Positions 1-7,545 of a DNA stretch of 28,695 nt are shown here, one piece after another (within the stretch, counting starts at the first letter, position 1; every line of letters begins with the position of its first letter). This DNA comes from Nitrospinota bacterium. GTDB lineage: Bacteria > Nitrospinota_A > UBA7883 > JACRLM01. Location of the stretch: assembly GCA_015231995.1 (NCBI GenBank), contig JADGAO010000008.1, forward strand, positions 1-28,695, in the 5' to 3' direction. Under the pieces are notes generated by a model. That model did no database searches and was not told the DNA's origin. It saw only the letters and a program-made list of their open reading frames with translations. A program made the position numbers and the translations under genes.

Positions 1-45
1 GTAAACTCCGCGTAGCGAAGTGAAGAATCTCAATGAAAAACAAAG
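1..45. repeat. Partial copy (cut by window edge) of dispersed palindromic repeat family A ('gtaaactccgcg...gaagaatc' module)
   Basis: 'gtaaactccgcg..gaagaatc' recurs at 17881-17903 and as the reverse complement at 21222-21248. Confidence 0.45.
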
Positions 46-99
46 CAATCAGGAGTCAAAGCTTTTTCAACTTCGGAATCAGGGATAAATTCAACTGCC

Positions 100-200
100 A
101 GCAACCGATTGGAAAATATATTGAGTTGGATTTTTTTTCACCCACCCCCTTCCCCCTCCCCTCAAGGGAGGGGTGAAGAGTAAGAGTAGTAGAGGGACAG
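100..200. repeat. GC-rich short-hairpin element (family B-like; CCCCYT-N3-ARGGGG type palindromes) after a T8 run
   Basis: Sequence 'ttttttttcacccaccccc..cccctcaagggaggggtgaagag' shares CCCCT..AGGGG mini-palindromes and the 'ggggtgaaga' motif with the elements at 3995-4234, 7298-7545 and 17958-17978. Confidence 0.3.
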
Positions 201-318
201 GTCTTTACGGCGTGTTGTAGTCCACAAGAGCGCCGCCGAAATCTTCATTGGAAGCGCAGGACGGCGGGGTTACGCTTTTCAAGCTTAAACACCCCGCCAA
301 GCGACTTTATGACATCCG

Positions 319-1278
319 TCAATAAAGCCAGCAGGCCGTTTCCGTCTCTTTCCCCACTTTCTTCAGCTCCGGTATTTTCACACGGCATACATCCATAACT
401 TTCGGGCAACGTGGATGGAACGCGCATCCCGGCGGGGTGTCCATAAGGCTCGGCACCACGCCTTTTATCTCGCGTAGCCGCCCGTCGCCTCTGCGTCTGC
501 TGGTTACGGAATCCAGCAGACCCTGTGTGTATGGGTGCTTGGGATTGGCGAATATCTCGCGGACAGGCGCGGTCTCGGCGACTCGTCCCGCATACATCAC
601 CACCACACGCTCGCACATCTGCGCTACGACCCCAAGGTCGTGGGTTATCAGAATCACCGACATCGAAAATTTATCTTTAAGCTCCGCCAATAGCTCCAGT
701 ATCTGAGCCTGTATCGTAACGTCGAGCGCGGTCGTAGGCTCGTCGGCCAGGAGCAGGGCAGGGCTTAACGATAACGCCATCGCGATCATCGCCCGCTGGC
801 GCATCCCGCCGGAGAGCCTGTGCGGATAGTCGGCCACCTTTTGCTCCGGCGAGGAGATGTGAACGGCGCGAAGAGCCTCGATGGCGCGATCCCACGCCTC
901 TTGCCTGCTTGCGCCGAAATGCAGGCGTATCCCCTCCGCTATCTGGTCGCCGATAGTGAAGACGGGGTTGAGCGCGGTCATCGGCTCTTGAAAGATCATG
1001 CCTATCTTTTTTCCCCGGACTTTCCTCATCTCCTCGTTGGAGAGCGTCAGCAGGTCTGCGCCTTCAAAGACTATTTTTCCGCCCGCTATTTTTCCCGGCG
1101 GCGGGACTAGCCGCAGTATGGAAAGGGCTGATAGAGTTTTGCCGCAACCCGATTCCCCGACAACGCCAAGCGTCTCCCCGGCCATTACGGAGTACGACAC
1201 CCCGTCAACCGCCTTGGCGACCCCGCCCGGCGCGGGGAAATGGACTTGCAGGTCTTGAATGTCTAATAGATTGGGCAT
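319..1278 (-). CDS. ABC transporter ATP-binding protein, oligopeptide/dipeptide (DppD/OppD) family
   Basis: 319-aa ORF. Walker A 'GESGCGKT'; signature/Walker B region '[27 protein letters not shown]'; conserved C-terminal oligopeptide-ABC domain. N-terminus '[11 protein letters not shown]' is typical of DppD. No partner permease or ATPase lies inside the window. Confidence 0.85.
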   Translation of the reverse strand: MPNLLDIQDLQVHFPAPGGVAKAVDGVSYSVMAGETLGVVGESGCGKTLSALSILRLVPPPGKIAGGKIVFEGADLLTLSNEEMRKVRGKKIGMIFQEPMTALNPVFTIGDQIAEGIRLHFGASRQEAWDRAIEALRAVHISSPEQKVADYPHRLSGGMRQRAMIAMALSLSPALLLADEPTTALDVTIQAQILELLAELKDKFSMSVILITHDLGVVAQMCERVVVMYAGRVAETAPVREIFANPKHPYTQGLLDSVTSRRRGDGRLREIKGVVPSLMDTPPGCAFHPRCPKVMDVCRVKIPELKKVGKETETACWLY

Positions 1279-1649
1279 GGGAGAATGGTATATGAAGAGA
1301 GACGTTGGGGCAATACTTCCAAAGTAAACCTAGTCGCTGACTTCTTACCCTCTCCCGCGCTATATCGCGGGAGAGGGCAGGGTGAGGGTGTCAAACAGTG
1401 TTTTTCAAATCCCTCATCCTTTTCAAGTCCCTCAAGTCTTTCAAGTCGCTCAAATGCTCCAAGTCGCTCACCTGCCGTTTCCAGCGCAAATGCTTTGGGT
1501 TATCCTGCGTATCAGCATGTTGAATAAAGGAACATGATGAGAGACGAGATTCGGTTTCCCGTGGCCACCCACCACGGAACCATGACCCTGGAGCGTGGAC
1601 GGCCAGAACGCGGGCGAGCTTTGTTGAGCGTCCGCGCTGTCTTTTTTGC

Positions 1650-1780
1650 GCGTGCGACCATTGTCATTCTGAGGCGAAGCCGAAGAATCCATTTAGAAAA
1701 GAATTTGTTCTACTTTGATCCTTCAGTCGCAAAGCTCCTTCAGGATGACAACGGTCGCAGAGCCTCCCTCAGGATGACAA
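1650..1780. repeat. Dispersed imperfect-palindrome repeat, family A (MITE-like)
   Basis: 'cattgtcattctgaggcgaagccgaagaatccat..gttctactttgatccttc..cctcaggatgacaa' is the reverse complement of the units at 22905-23115 and 21115-21215. Confidence 0.6.
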
Positions 1781-1871
1781 TGGGTAAAAGGCGCCCCCCC
1801 CCGGGGACGACTACGGGGAAGCAAGGGTGATATGTTAGCTGTAGAAAGATGGCAACCTGTTAGGACGCGGA

Positions 1872-2618
1872 ATGATAACGATGAATGAACGATGGTTAAA
1901 CTATACGGCTGAATGCGTTGGAACAGCATTCATGGTCGCCTTCGGACTTTCCTCCGTGGCTCTCTTCTGGAGCTCTTTTTCGCCCATTCCAGCTTTGATG
2001 CCAGACCCGGGCATTCGACGGCTTTTAACAGGCGCGTTATTTGCCACGGGCGTTGTGGCGGTCATTTATTCGCCTGTGGGTCGCAAAACAGGCGCGCATA
2101 TAAATCCTTCGGTGACGATCTCACTATTGTTCCTGAAAAAAATTGCGGCGCCGGACGCCTTCGGGTATGTTATCGCGCAATGTGTCGGCGCAGTATTCGG
2201 CAGTGGAGCGGTCTATCTGGTGTTCAATGTTCTTTTGGGATGGCACGATGGGTTAATGAAAGGCGTAACCCTTCCCGACCCGACATATGGAGCAGGCGCC
2301 GCATTCGCGGGGGAGCTGATATCCACATTCATTCTCATGGCCGCCATATTGGGAATGGCGAATTTCGGCCATCACTCGCGCTATACGGGTCTCGTCGTTG
2401 GCGCGGTCGTCACGCTGGCGGTATGGATTGAAGCGCCGTTTTCAGGAACCAGCCTCAATGCGGCCCGTAGTTTCGGCCCGGCGTTATTGACGGGTGAATG
2501 GAACGCATTTTGGGTTTATGCGGTGGCTCCGCTCGCGGGAGCGTTGATAGCCGCCGTATCCTATCGCCTGATTTTCCGTGGAGCCGGCAAATGCCCTGCC
2601 GGCTGTCGAGGAGCTTGA
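1872..2618 (+). CDS. MIP-family channel protein (aquaporin/glycerol-facilitator-like) with non-canonical NPS / NAA signature motifs
   Basis: 248 aa. N-terminus 'AECVGTAFMVAFG' resembles AqpZ 'AEFFGTFWLVFGG'. First half-helix motif 'GAHINPSVT' (NPS in place of NPA). Second motif 'GTSLNAARSFGPA' (NAA in place of NPA). Hydrophobic six-helix pattern. Confidence 0.8.
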   Translation: MITMNERWLNYTAECVGTAFMVAFGLSSVALFWSSFSPIPALMPDPGIRRLLTGALFATGVVAVIYSPVGRKTGAHINPSVTISLLFLKKIAAPDAFGYVIAQCVGAVFGSGAVYLVFNVLLGWHDGLMKGVTLPDPTYGAGAAFAGELISTFILMAAILGMANFGHHSRYTGLVVGAVVTLAVWIEAPFSGTSLNAARSFGPALLTGEWNAFWVYAVAPLAGALIAAVSYRLIFRGAGKCPAGCRGA

Positions 2619-2632
2619 AATTGACGGCGCTA

Positions 2633-3445
2633 TCACGAACTCCGCTTCATCAGCTCGGCCCTCACCTCTTCGGCGATCAACTCCTCTACACTGGCGTTGA
2701 GGCCAGGGGCCGGGGTCAGCGGGGCTTCCGCGTTCGTGGGACACGCGGAAAATTTGCCGCAGGCGTTGCACGAGTTGCACATGTCGGTAATAATCTTTTT
2801 CTTGGGCCAGCCCATCTTCTCGCCGATGGCCTGCAGGTTCTCTATCTGCGCGGCGGTCAACGGCTTTATATTGCCAATCTGCCGGGCGTGGAAGGTTATC
2901 TCCGCCACATGCTCCATCCGCTCCAGCGTGTTGTATGCGGCGAACACGTCCGTCCCCACCGTGACGGAGCCGTGACGGGCAAGTATCACCGCGTCGAAAT
3001 CCTTGATATGGCTCCTGACGGACTCGGCGACGTCAACCGTCGTAGGCGCGGCGTATTCGGCGGTTGGTATGGAGCCGAGCGTGAAGATGACCTCCGGCAG
3101 AAGGCATTTGGCAAGCGACACCCCAGCCAGCGAGAACGCCACGCACATCGTCGGATGCGCGTGGACGACCGAGTTTACGTCGGGCCGTTCGCGGTAGCAG
3201 GTCAGATGCAGGACCATCTCGGTGGACGGATTTCGCGAGCCTGCGATAAGTCTGCCGTCCATGTCCACCACGATAACGTCACGTTCGGACATGTAACCTT
3301 TGTGTATGCCCGTGGGGGTTATGAGGATTTTGTCGCGGGAGAGGCGCACGGAGACGTTGCCGTCCGTGCTGGATATCCATCCGCGATTGTGTATGCGTTT
3401 GCACACTTCAACGATGTCGCGCCTGCTTTGAGCTTCCGATTTCAT
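2633..3445 (-). CDS. Class II aldolase/adducin-family protein (L-fuculose-phosphate aldolase-like) with C-terminal Cys cluster and putative encapsulation peptide; BMC cargo
   Basis: 270 aa. 'GWISSTDGNVSVR..ILITPTG..HLTCYRERPDVNSVVHAHP' matches the class II aldolase fold including the metal-binding His region. C-terminal extension 'CNSCNACGKFSACP' is followed by a Pro/Ala linker and the amphipathic helix 'SVEELIAEEVRAELMKR'. It is the last gene of the BMC operon, overlapping by one stop/start with the BMC-P gene. Confidence 0.8.
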   Translation of the reverse strand: MKSEAQSRRDIVEVCKRIHNRGWISSTDGNVSVRLSRDKILITPTGIHKGYMSERDVIVVDMDGRLIAGSRNPSTEMVLHLTCYRERPDVNSVVHAHPTMCVAFSLAGVSLAKCLLPEVIFTLGSIPTAEYAAPTTVDVAESVRSHIKDFDAVILARHGSVTVGTDVFAAYNTLERMEHVAEITFHARQIGNIKPLTAAQIENLQAIGEKMGWPKKKIITDMCNSCNACGKFSACPTNAEAPLTPAPGLNASVEELIAEEVRAELMKRSS

Positions 3446-3448
3446 CTT

Positions 3449-3721
3449 CTACGCCTCCAGATCGACACTGTCCACGATCCCCTCGATAACCGAGTGGACG
3501 GGCGCGTTGTTATCCATAAAAAGCTGTCGCGCCGCGTTGCCTTCCACTGCAACCAGCACGACATCACCCGGCCCGGCCTGCGCGAAATCCACCGCCAGGA
3601 AGGTCTGCCCGTCGTCTTTCAGGTTTTCGTCGAGCGGCTGGACGATCATTATTTTGTGTCCGCGATAGACATCGTGTTGCACCGTGGACTGCACGTTGCC
3701 AACAACTCTCGCAAGTTTCAT
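3449..3721 (-). CDS. BMC vertex (pentamer) protein, EutN/CcmL/PduN family (BMC-P)
   Basis: 90 aa; 'MKLARVVGNVQSTVQHDVYRGHKIMIVQPLD..GPGDVVLVAVEGNAARQ' is the canonical EutN/CcmL pattern. Its start overlaps the upstream gene's stop (ATGA at 3718-3721). Confidence 0.85.
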   Translation of the reverse strand: MKLARVVGNVQSTVQHDVYRGHKIMIVQPLDENLKDDGQTFLAVDFAQAGPGDVVLVAVEGNAARQLFMDNNAPVHSVIEGIVDSVDLEA

Positions 3722-3990
3722 GGCGCCTCCCTGTTCACGATATCCACGATGCCGACGATGCCAGCGTCCACCGGGGTGAACGTCTCGTCGAGCGCCAGCG
3801 TGGCCTCTCTGCCAGCGACGTATGTAACGATGTCGCCTGGGCCGGACTGGATCGGGTCGGTTGCGATGATGGGCGAGCCTTTGGGTTTGCCGGCGTCGTC
3901 TATCGGCTGGATGATGAGTAGTTTCACCCCTTCGAGCGCCTCGTGTTTCACCGTCGCCACCACTCGTCCTATTACCTTGGCAAGATGCAT
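3718..3990 (-). CDS. BMC vertex (pentamer) protein, EutN/CcmL/PduN family (BMC-P)
   Basis: 90 aa; 'MHLAKVIGRVVATVKHEALEGVKLLIIQPID..GPGDIVTYVAGREA'. Second of three BMC-P paralogues. Confidence 0.85.
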   Translation of the reverse strand: MHLAKVIGRVVATVKHEALEGVKLLIIQPIDDAGKPKGSPIIATDPIQSGPGDIVTYVAGREATLALDETFTPVDAGIVGIVDIVNREAP

Positions 3991-3994
3991 GTCG

Positions 3995-4234
3995 TCAATC
4001 TCTATAATAGTATTTCATCGCTGTCCGGGGTGTTCTTCACCCCGGACTCTTATCCACGTGAACCTAACTTCGTCCCCCTTACCAAGGGGGACCGCCACGA
4101 AGTGGCGAGGGGGTTTAACCTCCCGGCGCTTTGCGCCACCCCCCTTATCAGGGGGGCTACCCCTCCGGCGCGATTACGCTCCACCTTCCCGATTTTCGGG
4201 GAGGAAAAAGAACACCCCGCCACGCGAAACCCGC
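3995..4234. repeat. GC-rich multi-hairpin intergenic element (family B), inverted partner of 7298-7545
   Basis: Contains 'cccccttaccaaggggga', 'ccccccttatcagggggg', 'ccggggtgttcttcaccccgg' and 'cccgattttcgggg'. The reverse complement aligns at roughly 75% by eye with 7340-7500 ('gcgccgggaggttaaaccccctcgcc..' vs 'gcgccggaggggttaggaaacccccgctcgc..'; 'cccctgataagggg' in both). Confidence 0.5.
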
Positions 4235-4792
4235 TTACAGCAGTTTGAGGTTTATGTCTTCATGCGGGTTGGGGATGATCTCTCTGCACACGAGCGTCCC
4301 TGCGGATTTGATTATCGCCACACCCGCCTCGACCGCCGCTTCCAGCTCGTTAAGCGGCCCGGTCATCGTGTAAAAAGATTTGCCGCCAAGCCCGTTGGCC
4401 ATGCGGACTTCGATCAGGCTAACGCCAGCCGCTTTCACCGCCGCGTCTGCGGAAAGTATCACAGAGGCCACGGTAAACGTCTCCACCACGCCGAGCGCAT
4501 CCATTTTGGGAACCACAGCGCAAGCCTGCATCGCAGGGATAAGCTGATGGCTCGCGTATGGCAGGAAAAGCTCGTCCACCACCATCTCCCCGCCGGTCGC
4601 CACGCCGATCCGATAAGACTCTTCCACCGCCGCCGTTTCCCCGGCGATGAGGATCATATATTTGCCGGGGCAAACAGTGCGCGCGTCCAGCAGGCGCACC
4701 GGGGCTTTCTTTACCATGTCGTCGGCGGTCTTCACCCCGCGCGCGATCGAGCGCAGTTCGATAAGCGCCACAGCTGGTTCTTTGAGGGTCAT
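4235..4792 (-). CDS. BMC-T shell protein with tandem BMC domains, PduT-like (resembles Haliangium BMC-T1); candidate Fe-S site
   Basis: 185 aa. Two BMC-domain cores: 'ALIELRSIARGVKTADDMVKKAPV' and 'ALGVVETFTVASVILSADAAVKAAGVSLIEV'. C-terminal 'IIPNPHEDI' parallels PduT 'VIPRPHEAM'. A Cys precedes the PGK motif ('TVCPGKYMIL') at the position of the PduT cluster ligand. Confidence 0.8.
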   Translation of the reverse strand: MTLKEPAVALIELRSIARGVKTADDMVKKAPVRLLDARTVCPGKYMILIAGETAAVEESYRIGVATGGEMVVDELFLPYASHQLIPAMQACAVVPKMDALGVVETFTVASVILSADAAVKAAGVSLIEVRMANGLGGKSFYTMTGPLNELEAAVEAGVAIIKSAGTLVCREIIPNPHEDINLKLL

Positions 4793-4901
4793 ATGGTTGA
4801 CAAAGCCTCGAATTGCCTATAAGATATATTCAGATTTGAAGGGATGAATGTCGGCCTCAGCGCCGTGTGAATTCCGGGTTTCCCGGAGGTTCCTAGTCCC
4901 T

Positions 4902-5960
4902 TCATTTTTTGTTTCCCCAAACATAATCGTTGTTTGTATAAACACGGTTTTCTCCGGGGCGTATCTCCTCAATGCGATCAACTTTGCCCCAGATATACTC
5001 GATATACCGCTCCTCGCCCCTTTCATAATATCTTTGCAACGCCCACAAACAGTAATCCACAACTTGCAACATAGGGTTTTGTGAAGGGTAGGTGCCGTTC
5101 AGCTGAATAAGTTTGCCTGAACGAACATGTTCACGTTGCATCTCATTAAGACGCAACATGTGTTTGACCTGATCCATAATTATCTTATGGTGCTTTAGAT
5201 TGCGAGATACTTCTTTCTGTTCACCTTCCAGGTCATCAAGAATGATCGTTACGTTCATATTCCCCGTCGCGCAATCTTCGGGTTGTATAAGTTGAAGCTT
5301 ATTGTCAATATCAGCCATTCTTTTCCTGATATCTTTTAATAGTTCATCGCCGAAGGCGAGGTGTGTTTCAACAGTATTGAAAATCTTTTCCCGCTCGTCA
5401 TAAAGAGCTTTCTCAAGAGCTTTTGTTTTTTCCCGGTTTCCCCGGAAAGCAAACAAAATATCTAGCCAATGGTTGGGATAATCTTTATTCAGCAAAAACG
5501 GCTTGAACAACTCGCGCGTCATTAATTCATAAGATTCGCTCTCTTTGTATCGGTAATTTTTATCCTCCAAATTCCTCGTCCGCACTGCGGCAAGCGTATC
5601 CTCCTTGTTTATTATGACGGCGGAAAACTTAATATCGAGTTTTTCAATAAACCTGTAAACCTTCCATCGAGCTTCGGGTATTTCATCTTTTGCGTGGAAT
5701 AACATTGCGGTCTTATTCGCCGAAGCCTGCATGGAAGGAACTTTCTTGAAATAGGGATCGCTACACAATTCTGATCTCAAGGAATCCAGTTCTTTTTCTA
5801 TGTGATTAGTTTCTTCGGCCGAGACAAAACCTAAAATGAAATATTTCGAGCACCCATCCGTTCCAATGATAACGTCACCGTGACGATTAAAAATAGCGCC
5901 ATCGCCGGTCTCATCCACGAAACAGCGCAATACTTTTATTGGATGTGGTGAAGAACTCAT
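4902..5960 (-). CDS. DUF3800-like protein (putative RNase H-fold/DExx-motif enzyme), compositionally foreign (low GC)
   Basis: 352 aa. N-terminal 'LRCFVDETGDG' resembles the DUF3800 'yiDESG' motif; C-terminal 'LQVVDYCLWAL' resembles its 'LQxaD' motif (family assignment from memory). GC is about 40% against about 60% in flanking genes. ATG at 5958-5960 overlaps the TGA of the PduS-like gene (ATGA). Confidence 0.5.
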   Translation of the reverse strand: MSSSPHPIKVLRCFVDETGDGAIFNRHGDVIIGTDGCSKYFILGFVSAEETNHIEKELDSLRSELCSDPYFKKVPSMQASANKTAMLFHAKDEIPEARWKVYRFIEKLDIKFSAVIINKEDTLAAVRTRNLEDKNYRYKESESYELMTRELFKPFLLNKDYPNHWLDILFAFRGNREKTKALEKALYDEREKIFNTVETHLAFGDELLKDIRKRMADIDNKLQLIQPEDCATGNMNVTIILDDLEGEQKEVSRNLKHHKIIMDQVKHMLRLNEMQREHVRSGKLIQLNGTYPSQNPMLQVVDYCLWALQRYYERGEERYIEYIWGKVDRIEEIRPGENRVYTNNDYVWGNKK

Positions 5961-7297
5961 TTCACTTGCCCGCTAATCCCGATGTGGCTTGTACTAATAG
6001 CGGTCACCACGCCGGAAATCGAGGCGTGGTATCTCGCGCCAAGTTTGCCCTCCGGTATCTCGCCGATCAACTGGCCCTTCGTCACTTTTTCACCCTGTTT
6101 CACAACGGGGAGCGCTGTAGCTCCGATATGCTGATTCAAAGGTATCCGCACGGACGATACAGGCCACGGCGCAGGGTCGAACGGCGCCTTAACGTCGTAC
6201 TCGCTAAGTCCGAGCCGTCTCATCAGCTTATCCGCCGGGACGCCACGGAACGGGCGGTAAGAATCTTGCGTCAGGTCTGCTCGCCTGTGCGGGTTTTTGA
6301 TTCCGGCCTCTCTCATCCGGCGTTTGAACTCCCGGTATATCACGCGGGGAGAGAGGAACATCGGACACGCCCACAGGTCACACAATCCGCACTCGCAACA
6401 GAGCCACGCCGACGTTATCGTGTCCGAATCCAGGTCGCGGTCATAGTTGATGACGCGCATTATTTTGTGAGGCTCCAGCCTGTGTCCCAAAAGGTAACGA
6501 GGGCAGAAATCGGTGCAGTACCGGCACACTTCGCAGGCGGATTTGCCGATGCGTATCTCCGTGGAGAGCGGACGCGCCATACGCATGACGTGGCTGTGGT
6601 CTTTCGGCAAAACGAAAAGCCCGCCGGTGGTCTTGGTAACGACCTCGTTCATATCCTCCGTGACACGTCCCATCATCGGGCCGTTGACCAGGATGACGTA
6701 GTCGTCTATCTTCACACCAAGGCGGGGGATGATTTCGCCAAACGCGGTTCCCACAGGGATGAACGCCACCTTCGGGTTGTCCATAGCCCCGCCAAGCGTT
6801 ACAATCCGCTCCGTCACCGGTTTGCCGTTCACGGCTTCTGCGATGTTCACCATCGTGCCCACGTTGATAACGACCACGCCGACATCCAGCGGGATGCCGC
6901 CTTCCGGCACGGCGCGGCCTGTGGCCTCGAATACAAGATAATGTTCATCGCCCGCAGGGTACACGTTGTCCAGCTCCAGCACGCTTACGCCATGCTTGCC
7001 AGCCTGATCCCGAAACGACTTCACCGCGTGGTCATATTTTTGTTTCACGCCGATGACGCCTTTAACCTCGGAGCCTGTCCGTCCCGAAATCTCATCTACG
7101 ATTTTTCTAAGCGTCGCCACGATATCGCCAGCGCGCGTTTCCATCAGATGAAGGTCGCCGCACATGAGCGGCTCGCATTCCGCGCCGTTGACGATGACAG
7201 TGTTGACGGCGGAGGCGAGTTTTATGTGAGTCGGGAACCCCGCGCCACCCGCGCCAATTACCCCGGCCTGCCGCGCTAAATCGGCTACAGTGGGCAT
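5957..7297 (-). CDS. RnfC/NuoF-like Fe-S flavoprotein, PduS-like (BMC-associated oxidoreductase)
   Basis: 446 aa. N-terminal Gly-rich nucleotide-binding motif 'VIGAGGAGFPTHIKL' (complex I 51K / RnfC). Two Cys clusters 'CEVCRYCTDFCP' and 'CCECGLCDLWACP' (2x[4Fe-4S]). C-terminal barrel-sandwich-like 'VKQGEKVTKGQLIGEI..ISGVVTAI'. Lies inside the BMC operon. Confidence 0.75.
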   Translation of the reverse strand: MPTVADLARQAGVIGAGGAGFPTHIKLASAVNTVIVNGAECEPLMCGDLHLMETRAGDIVATLRKIVDEISGRTGSEVKGVIGVKQKYDHAVKSFRDQAGKHGVSVLELDNVYPAGDEHYLVFEATGRAVPEGGIPLDVGVVVINVGTMVNIAEAVNGKPVTERIVTLGGAMDNPKVAFIPVGTAFGEIIPRLGVKIDDYVILVNGPMMGRVTEDMNEVVTKTTGGLFVLPKDHSHVMRMARPLSTEIRIGKSACEVCRYCTDFCPRYLLGHRLEPHKIMRVINYDRDLDSDTITSAWLCCECGLCDLWACPMFLSPRVIYREFKRRMREAGIKNPHRRADLTQDSYRPFRGVPADKLMRRLGLSEYDVKAPFDPAPWPVSSVRIPLNQHIGATALPVVKQGEKVTKGQLIGEIPEGKLGARYHASISGVVTAISTSHIGISGQVK

Positions 7298-7545
7298 AAT
7301 GCGGGATTGGTGTTGTTTGTCAAAGATCGGGTCGCGCCTCTTTTTGCCCCCGCCCCTTGCGGGAGAGAGCTTGCCCTGAGTCTTCCGAAGGGGTGGCTCC
7401 CCTGATAAGGGGAGGTGACGCGTCTTCGCGCCGGAGGGGTTAGGAAACCCCCGCTCGCTTCGCTCGCCGCCCCCTTGTCAGGGGGCCTAAGAACGTTACG
7501 CAAAGCCTCCCTAGGCACGGGGGACAAATGGAAGATTGGCATAAT
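7298..7545. repeat. GC-rich multi-hairpin intergenic element (family B), inverted partner of 3995-4234
   Basis: 'ctcccctgataaggggag', 'cccccttgtcaggggg', 'gcgccggaggggttaggaaaccccc'. Alignment with the reverse complement of 3995-4234 is given under that feature. Confidence 0.5.

Noticed and set aside
245-616. 123-aa minus-strand ORF overlapping the 3' part of the ABC ATPase gene in another frame
   Set aside because: It lies fully inside the well-supported DppD/OppD CDS. Its product is Arg-rich and low-complexity.
2498-4822. 774-aa plus-strand ORF spanning the aldolase, two BMC-P genes and the PduT-like gene
   Set aside because: It is antisense to four well-supported minus-strand genes with clear family motifs. 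Long antisense ORFs of this kind are expected in ~60% GC DNA. Its product is Arg/Gly/His-rich low-complexity sequence.
5939-7279. 446-aa plus-strand ORF mirroring the PduS-like gene
   Set aside because: It is an exact antisense shadow of the RnfC/NuoF-like CDS and has no recognisable motifs. The minus-strand frame carries the Fe-S and nucleotide-binding motifs.
7285-7542. 85-aa ORF and other short ORFs (4131-4373, 3943-4248) within the family B GC-rich elements
   Set aside because: They lie wholly within hairpin-rich repeat DNA. Their products are Pro/Gly/Arg-rich. Equivalent 'ORFs' appear in the inverted copy.
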